From Perkinsus chesapeaki ATCC PRA-425 (Eukaryota; Protista; Perkinsozoa): a stretch of DNA of 54,298 nucleotides. Of the stretch, positions 46,527 through 54,298 are shown one piece after another. The position numbers were made by a program, and so were the translations under genes. The stretch lies in NCBI GenBank assembly GCA_013115145.1, contig JAAPAO010000197.1:1-54298 (forward strand), given 5' to 3'. Under the pieces are notes generated by a model that saw only the letters and a program-made list of their open reading frames with translations, was not told where the DNA came from and searched no databases. Every line of letters starts with the position of its first letter. Positions within the stretch are counted from its first letter, which is position 1.

Positions 46527-49500
46527 TCAATGAAGAAGGTCAGCAAATAGCTTATCATCATCCCTCGCCTCGGCAGATGTCTCATCAGCCTTCTGAACAG
46601 AACTTGCCCGTACCAGCGTATCAGCGGCGTATTCCTACCTTCTCACCTTCGCTCGGCTTGCTATCGCCACTCGTGCGCGGAGGAGGAGGGGGTGGCGGAA
46701 CTGCCTTTCTATCTTCCTCTGCCGTGGGAGCAGCGGCAGCCTGCTCCTCAGGTTTCGGCGCAGGTTCGATCCTCGCAGCCTCCGTTTTAACCGCCTCCTC
46801 TTCCATGGTCTTCTGTGGTGGCGGTGGAGGTTGGACTAATTCAAACATCTTCAAGCCGAAGATCTCTACCTCCTCAACCCACCTTGAGGGCTGCTACTGC
46901 CGCCGTCGCTCGACCTTGGAGTAGCAATGCTCATCACTGGAGCACCGCCGACATCTTCAGACATTCCCCTGTGGATCCTCTCCATCGCCTCCAGCTTATG
47001 CGGCTCTGCTGCATCCTTGCACCCAGCGTAAAGATCAGATACGCGCTGACAAAGGCAGGATCACATCCGGCGAGAATGAGCAGCACCTGCCTGGAGGGCG
47101 GCCATCGAGTCCGGCTGTGCCTCGATATACTCCGAGTACTGGCGACCAAACCTAGTAAGTAGTAAATGAAGGAGCTCTGTGATAGACAAAGGCGGGCTGC
47201 TTACTTATCCACGGTGACCCATGCCTTATCCGCTTGCTTTAAGAGCTGTAGAACATGCTCGCCGGGGGAGTCTGGAGACTCCATCTCAGCCTTCAATACA
47301 GCTAGATAGGCCGCCTCCTTGAGCAGGAACCTAACGAGAACAGCAGAGGGATCAAGCTGGTGATGACATGGTGAGATGGATCAAGGGAGCCAATAATAGA
47401 CCAACACTTCAGAGACCATCTTGAGTAGTCTCAGAGGCGGTAGCGTAGTAATAATACATCATCGTAGATAGAGCAATACATCTGTAATAAACCCTCTAGC
47501 GATCTAGATAATATTATACGGAAGAAGGCGCAACCGAGGGCAGCAGCTGGGTCGTTGGAGCTTCTAACGATTGTAGGAACTGCGGGTGAGTTGGCCGATC
47601 ACAATTCAGAGGAGGAATGTGAGAATAATGGAGCCTACTCTCTAGCACCGGCTTCTGCCTTATCCTTGGTCTTAATCATTTTAGCATCCATCTCAGCCAC
47701 TTGATTGCCCGATACAGATGTAAGTTCATCGTTACCAACCAGCACAATAGACTTGAAGGTGGCCTGAACAAACAGCAGATCTAAATACTGTAGTGCACGA
47801 ATCAACCTACTATGTATCCTTTAAGATCTGCCTCCTGCCTCTGACGTAGCTGCTGCTCAGCTATCCTATTCTCGAAGTGCTCTGAAGTGTCCTTATCGCT
47901 CCTTAGCAGCTGTCCCTCAGCCTGCTCTATCGAGTTCTTGCGCGCCGATAACGTATCCAGCTCCTCATCTGATACAAACTCATCAGAAACTGACCAGGCA
48001 ACCTCAACTCTGAAGAAGATTTCAACCATAAATTACAGAGAACAACTAGATAGTAGATGAGGAGCGCTATGCTGCTCCCAGGTTTCTAGACCCACTCGCA
48101 TCATTATTATCATACACATTGGACACTCTCTAGCCCTTGATCCCAGGATTGCCATCCACAGTGAATAGCAGCAGCTGCTTTGTGAGAACTTTCGCGATAG
48201 CCCACTACTACGAGAGTCCTCACGCAAAGTATCAGACGCTGCTTCGGTTTGCTATCTTAGAGCTTCGAAACACGAATCTTAAGGTTCAAACTAGAGCCCT
48301 TCAGAGCAGACAACTTCTAAGAGGGCTGGGACACTCACAGAGGGGCGAATTGCGAGAAAAAGTAGCAGGCAGATTGGCGGATGTCTCAACATAGTGAACT
48401 GCGAAGTCGTGGAACATTTCGGCAATGTCATAAATCGATTGCAGCCCCATTCGAGCCACTATGGTTGATGACAGACCACCCTTCTTAGCACCACCTTCAC
48501 CACGCATAAATTCTATTATCCATGCAGGGAGATCTATGATGTCCGAGAGAAAAGATTCCTCTGGAGAATCATGCATACTTATTTCCATCAATCGCTTCTC
48601 CAACTTCTCCTTTTCTTCCTCTAGTGTCTTCATCTGCTCCTCAATCTCCTCCTCATTGGGCTTCAAAGCCTCTAGTTGCTCGTGGACCTACACCCACGCA
48701 GGCTCGATTCCCAGCTGAGGCATTTTTCTCACCTCAGTATGCATGCTCTTGACCTGCTCCTCTAACTCTGTGATCTCAGTAGCCTGACTGTCCACTTCTT
48801 TATCAATGTCCAGCATCTTAGTCTCGCATTCCTTAGCCACTTCCTACATAACAACAAGCTCCTCCTTCCCTTAGGCAGCAAGCAACAACCCCTTCCGAAC
48901 CTTCATTGTGGCCTCCCTCTCAGCCAAGGACTTCACCCTTCTCTCCTTAGCTGCTGACACTATACGATGCAGCTGGCAGGTGAGTGTAGCGATGCTCGCC
49001 GAGGGCATCTGAGGCCCTGTAGCCGACACCGGACTCTGACACAGCTGATATGTATTCTCCTTGGCACGACGGCAGCAGGAGTACCTCGCCCTCCTTATAT
49101 AGGTCAGCCTTTAACCTCCTCATCGTATTCAACACTCTATCGTGGTAGTGGTCATCCTAAATAATATACAGTTGAAGATAAAATATAATAGCAAATAATA
49201 GTAGTCTCGATTGCTAGCAACTTCGGATACCTAGCAGCTCCGTAGATATACACGCACTGAGGCTAATCTGTTCCTCGAGCTTCACCGAATGAACATTCAT
49301 TGAGATAGATTCCCCTACTGGGCAGGAGCATTCATTCACAATGCATTTCGTATGGAGTGTAACATTCCTCTATGACTCCCCGTCTCAGCCGCCGGCGCCC
49401 ACCAGCCAAGCCAAGTCCAACTACCTTCCAGTCCAATTTGAGTGCTGTTATCATCCGCTCCAACCAGAGCACCAGCTCCTCACTCACAGGCACGTCCTCA

Positions 49501-51126
49501 CCTGAAGGCATGACGTGGAGTGGCAGCAAACACAGTCTGTGGCTGTCCACAGGAATGGCCAAAGACACTAAGCAAGCCGAAAATTGGCCAAAAGTATCAC
49601 ACTCTACTGCGAGCCGTAATATTCCCGGCGTCAGCGCTGTGTAATAGGAGCTAGAATGTTGCAGTAGTACATCAGCGAATCCTCCCTTTATTACTAGTTT
49701 GCATTACAGAGTCCAGCAGTTGCTGCCATACAGTTGGCTGCCCTCGCAGACACTGACTCAGTAGCCTGTACATCTGAGCAAGGAGCTCACCGTGTTCTGC
49801 TGCTCCATCCATGAGCTACCATGAATCGGAACATCTTCTCAACAGTTATTTCCTCATCCTCCTCTGTAGCAGTATTAGCTACGCTAGCTAGGTCCCTCAT
49901 AAGCACTCTTAAGCTGGTGTCCCGTGCACAGAGACCAACCAGTTTCTCCAGGCATTTGGAACGGAGAAACACCTGCGACAAAAACAAAAGGCATCATAAA
50001 GATAGGGACAATGAGTCCGAAAGACCATAATAGTAAACATGCTCTATCAGAACTGGTGTGTCATTCGGAAGGAGAATGCATTCGAGATGTCACTTTGGAC
50101 ATACTTTGTGCTACGAGAGACATGGACCAAATGAGATAAGAAGTCCCCAAGGAGCTCCAAAGCGTCCAAGTCCATCCCCGACGCATACCTGTCTGAATGT
50201 CAGAGCTGTGATCTGATTAGGTGGAATGCTCTGCAGTTGCGTTGGGGACATTCCCTCCGGAGTGTCTATAAACCTACGGTGGGCAGCAGTGGCAGTGATA
50301 CCGAAGCGCCAGCCACCAACAGACCACTACCTCTGCTTGGCGTCGTTGCCTAGAGCAATCTCATCATTCCATCGATTCAAGCTTTCGACGAGCTGACAAG
50401 ACTCTCTAACTCCTTTCACCGTTACTATGACCATTTATACCCCCGGAAGCCTCCTAACCGCATTGCCTTGCGCTCCAAGGTCATCTATATATGACTCCAG
50501 CATGAAGGACACCTCTTGACACGTCCTCAACCCAGCCGTGGATCCAGCTGGTAGGGAACCTATTAACCAATTAGCAGTCCAACTTGGCTCCTCTGTTTTA
50601 TATATAATTATGCCCCTCAACCCTGCCCATACATTCCGGAGCTCGCTCGAACCATTTTCTCACTTCCCCACAGTAAAGTGATTCAGAACCTCCTGAACGT
50701 TTTCGCATCCTTATGTGATCAACACTCTGTCTCTCCGCAAACAACTTCACATGAGAAGCTCGATTTCTTGGCAATCTTAAGAATACCACCGAGAATACAC
50801 GATCTACTTCGGATGAACGCTCTGGTGGTAGCGTGCTGCTCGGGGAAAAACCGTTAGGGCCCAAAAAGACCGCAACTCAATTTTTTATTAACTGGGGACG
50901 ACACGATCCCTATACAGTCCCCAATCACACAACCTCTGTCCCCTTATTACCAGCTGCACCTAGATCCTCCATGAACTTGCTGGTGGCCGATGCCAACTGT
51001 TGAGTCCCTTGCCTAACTTGACCTGACATCCCCAATACCCTCCATCACTGCCGCCGGGCTTCCCCTACGTCCAACCATCTCCGACTGCTGCTTCACTTTA
51101 CTTAGCGTCGACTGTAGCCAACTCAT
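46527..51126 (-). CDS. large helical / coiled-coil protein with Pro-rich acidic tail (multi-exon; family not identified)
   Basis: Starts MSWLQSTLSKVKQQSEM; helical exons (CLEKLVGLCARD, SEELVLWLERMITAL); heptad-rich EEEIEEQMKTLEEEKEKLEKRL; tail PPPPPQK..PPPPPPPR..DDDKLFADLLH*. Could be more than one gene. Confidence 0.6.
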
Positions 51127-51231
51127 GCTTGAACAGAATTAGAAAAAGTACTGAGAATCCTGCCGAGTGATTCCACAACTGAACGCGAGCCCACTTTACG
51201 GTCAATAGCTGGTAGAAACGTTCAGTAATGT

Positions 51232-52736
51232 CTAGTCGGTGGTACGTTGTCGTTTTTTACGAGGCTCCTCCTCCTCTTGACCCTCCTTCCCACGAACCTC
51301 GCTCAACCTCTTTTTCATCTCCTCACGTAGGGTAGGGGCATCCTTACGATCTAATACGTCCATGCACTTAGTAACCCACACATCCCCCTAGTACCATCGC
51401 AGAGAGCTTTGATCCACTGTGTAAGTAACCGCTTATATTCCTTATCTTTACACTCCCCATCTTCGAGCACCGTGAAGCGTGCTACCAATCCCATCACCAC
51501 ACTGCCTGCCATCGGACCAGCTACTACAAAGCACGTTCCAGTGTCCTACGTTCCGAAGCAGTATCCACCATCGCCGTCTCCAGCCTCTCCATACAGGCCT
51601 GCAGCTTGGCGTCCTCTTCTATACGTGCCTCGACTTGCTCCGAAGTCATCCCCAGGAACCTGGCCACCCTACCCACAACTACACTTCGATCGGCAGCCAG
51701 CGGGTGGTGCCGCAAGCGGAACATATAGCGAGAGAACTCGCCATCAAAGCAGGCCTCAATTTCTTCCGAGTGCGACAGCGCTTCCTGACGGAATCTTTCC
51801 CGTCTACTCGAGCTTCCAGCTGAAATACGATTCCAGAATAAGCTCAGAAGTCGCTCAGGGCTTACTAAGGACGTTCTCAGGGACCCACTCGGCCACCAGT
51901 CTTTGCGATAGACGTTTCTTCAGAACGCCAAAGTCGCCTTCGCCATCGTCTTCCTCCGATTCGGATGAGCTCTCGTCAAAGCCAAGCCCTCCGGCTCGCA
52001 GACGAATCTGTAGCACTTTGTCTTTGCGACGCCACTCAAAGACCTGAGCGGTAGTAATGATCGTATGGTGTGCGCCGCAGTACGCTCGTTAAAACGTGTT
52101 ATTAGCTTACTCCCTGAATGACGGGAGAACGCAAGACCCTATGGTCGGTAGAGCCAATTTTAGTACAGAAAGGAGATAACGTAACAATATGAATGGGCTT
52201 AGAGCTTCTTCTTCTTCCGGCAGCAGCAGCATCAGCAACAACGAGCGCCCCAACTATCCAGGAGATCCCCTATCGAGATAGGAGCTACTGTAATGCTGCT
52301 CCGGCGGCAGTGCTGTTGCGGTGGCGGCGGCGGCCGTGGAAGAACTGCGGCCATTCATCATTGATGATGTTGCGTTATAATAGTATATTTCTTCATTATT
52401 ATAAAAGTAGTAGGAGGAATAAGGTTCCCCATAATAATAAGAGCCATTAAGGCAAGGCTCTTGCTGCTGTACAAAGCCGGTAACGTCGTTATAATAGAAT
52501 TGCTCCGGTTGCTGCTGCTGCTGATGATTACAGTCATAATAGGAGTAACGAGAGTAATAGCCATAATTGAACGAATACCAGCAATCTTCATTTGTTGTTA
52601 CATCTCTATTGCACAATAGGAAGTCCCGATCGATTCCTGATGCATCCACCCGACTGGTCGCCACCCAACCGTCGATGCTTTGATGGCTTCTATCGCTCTT
52701 CAGAGTGTCTATCACGCTCGCCCTTTTCTTCACCAT
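51232..52736 (-). CDS. hypothetical protein with Tyr/Asn/Gln-rich N-terminus and C-terminal NLS-like motif (multi-exon)
   Basis: Exons join in frame via GT-AG introns: Y-rich 52254-52736 ORF, GLAFSRHSGTYCGAHHT..DESSSESEEDD, MFRLRHHP.., ending EEEEPRKKRQRTTD*. Confidence 0.6.
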
Positions 52737-52781
52737 CGCATCATACCTAAAACAAATGCGGTCACTTTCTGCTAGCTCTAT

Positions 52782-53549
52782 TCAACCCGTAATCAAGCAC
52801 TGTCCAATCAAGCACCTGTCTTTATTATCGACTGCCTTCACATTCTCTTTCAGATGCTCAAAGTCAACTCCGGCATCCGCCAGGCCTCCCAGCTGAGCGA
52901 CGAGGAGAAGCGGAAAGAAGGCATCATCAGCAGCGTAGTGAATCTGACGCCGGCCAATATCTTCCTCTGAAACCAAAGCCCCCCTCCCCACCTGGATGTC
53001 GCTGAGGGGCTCCACAGCGGACCAGTCACTCATCGATATTTTCTTATCCTTCCGTAAGAAGTAGCCAAAGTGATGCGCTATCCGCTTGAGGCCTCCACGA
53101 GGAACGTTACGGTTTTTCTTGCTGATTTCGTAAAGATCAATCACGTTATTGCATTCCAAACCAAACGTTAGCTGTAACTTCGCATGATCGGAGACGTCGA
53201 AGCCGATTGTCACTTTGGCCTTCTTCGGATCGGCCAGGATATCTCGTACCCACTGCGGCAGAATATGGCAAGTGTTCGTCCGGATCAAAAGCGCCAAGTC
53301 CTCAGTGGCGAGTTGAACTAAAGATATGGGGTGGTTGGTGGCAGGGCTCTTATCGGGCTTCCACTCAAAGTCGATGCCAACGGCACCGGCCTTTTGAAAA
53401 CGCTTCTTCAAGGCGTCGCTGTCCTCCCATTCTCCCGTGGCCAAGGCGTCCTTAACAATTATCTCGCCACCGAAGGAGTGGAGGGTAGCCGATACGAATG
53501 GACCTCCGCATCGAAAGGAATTGGATGCTACTGGTGGTGTACAAGACAT
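52782..53549 (-). CDS. DEDDy 3'-5' exonuclease, WRN-exo/EXD2-like, with one 48-nt in-frame intron (52944-52991)
   Basis: Exo I AVGIDFEWKP..ISLVQLAT, Exo II IGFDVSDH, VIDL, SMSDWS..LSDIQ|IHYAADDA (Exo III). Confidence 0.92.
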   Translation of the reverse strand: MSCTPPVASNSFRCGGPFVSATLHSFGGEIIVKDALATGEWEDSDALKKRFQKAGAVGIDFEWKPDKSPATNHPISLVQLATEDLALLIRTNTCHILPQWVRDILADPKKAKVTIGFDVSDHAKLQLTFGLECNNVIDLYEISKKNRNVPRGGLKRIAHHFGYFLRKDKKISMSDWSAVEPLSDIQVGRGALVSEEDIGRRQIHYAADDAFFPLLLVAQLGGLADAGVDFEHLKENVKAVDNKDRCLIGQCLITG

Positions 53550-54169
53550 TACAACAGTGAAGACATATCTAAAAATGGCAAAAGTCCCAGCATATCGATC
53601 GCTGCGAGCAGACGATTCTGAGAGGATTTTTGGACAGAGCGTTTTGTAGTGGTGTACTCAACACACGGTCATAGCATACATAACAGGCAAAAAGGACAAG
53701 TCATACTGGATGAAAAGGAGACGGGCGATTGAAAGCTGTTGACGGGTGGAGCTGTTGATACTAGTAGTTGAAGAGTACTAAGGTAGAGAGTGATCTTAAG
53801 AGGGATGGATGCAGCAATGCCCACGAGAGGTACTCTAACTGCCAATGGACCTGAAATGAGCTTGGAGTGAGACGGCTCGTTCATCAAACTTTGACAAAGC
53901 TGGTTCTGGATCTGGTTTTGAAATCGCGTTCACAGAAATGAGCTTTTGAGATTTCCAATACTGGTTTTGGAACCATTGCTGGCACGCGGTCATTCAAGCG
54001 AGGGGCCCCGACTGAAAACAAGTCCTGAAACGTTTTGGGTCTGACCAAGGGTCTCAAGTTGGCAAGATTACACTGCTAGCTGCGCATGTTCTTTTGCGCG
54101 CGCCCATGGCCGGACGCAATTCTCGGTACTTTAGACCGCTCACAGGCCCCAGTGCTGTGCGTCGTAGCA

Positions 54170-54298
54170 TAGGGGGGGGGGGGGTTACCGTATTTAAATT
54201 ACCGAACAGCCATACCCCGGGAACAGACCCAAAAAATTTTACACTTTAAGGGGTAAAATTTGGGGAGGCGGTTGTTAAAAAATCCCACCGTTTTTAGG
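54170..54298. other. poly-G run followed by homopolymer-rich, probably low-quality contig end
   Basis: G12 run then runs of A, T, G and C typical of read degradation; interpretation is inference. Confidence 0.55.

Noticed and set aside
53669-53887. 72-aa minus-strand ORF upstream of the exonuclease
   Set aside because: No family motif; might be UTR or an upstream exon but unsupported
54170-54298. Poly-G and G-run tract as G-quadruplex or telomere-like sequence
   Set aside because: No regular telomeric unit; pattern fits read-quality decay after a homopolymer at a contig end

Overview
Gene-dense, intron-rich eukaryotic DNA (short 25-90 nt introns, tight intergenic spacers, alveolate-type alpha-tubulin, dinoflagellate-style single-domain ion channel). 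My inference is a Perkinsus-like myzozoan protist, and the window looks like one whole contig (it starts inside alpha-tubulin and ends in a poly-G, low-quality-looking tail). About 22 gene models were assembled by eye: alpha-tubulin, COX15, C2orf69-like, mitochondrial ferredoxin (apparently broken), Pga1-like ER protein, PIG-M, C2-domain Pro/Gln-rich protein, a hypothetical protein, a 6TM voltage-gated cation channel with EF-hand-like tail, a double-RING protein, intronless TAF1, two tandem MtaD/TRZ-ATZ amidohydrolases, DEPDC5/IML1, PUS7/TruD, a JmjC protein, an ankyrin protein, a membrane RING-HC protein, a coiled-coil protein, a Tyr-rich nuclear protein and a WRN-type exonuclease. Genes fall into three long single-strand blocks with spacers as short as 45 nt, separated at the convergent switch by a 5.5 kb tract of degenerate ORFs and palindromes. 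The most interesting leads are two functionally coherent neighbourhoods (COX15/C2orf69/ferredoxin and PIG-M/Pga1-like), a signal-peptide JmjC oxygenase, the TLDKW-filter channel, a spliced-leader-like relic and an intronic hairpin. No rRNA, tRNA, CRISPR array or intact transposase was found. Exon boundaries and family assignments come from manual translation and recalled motifs, not database searches.
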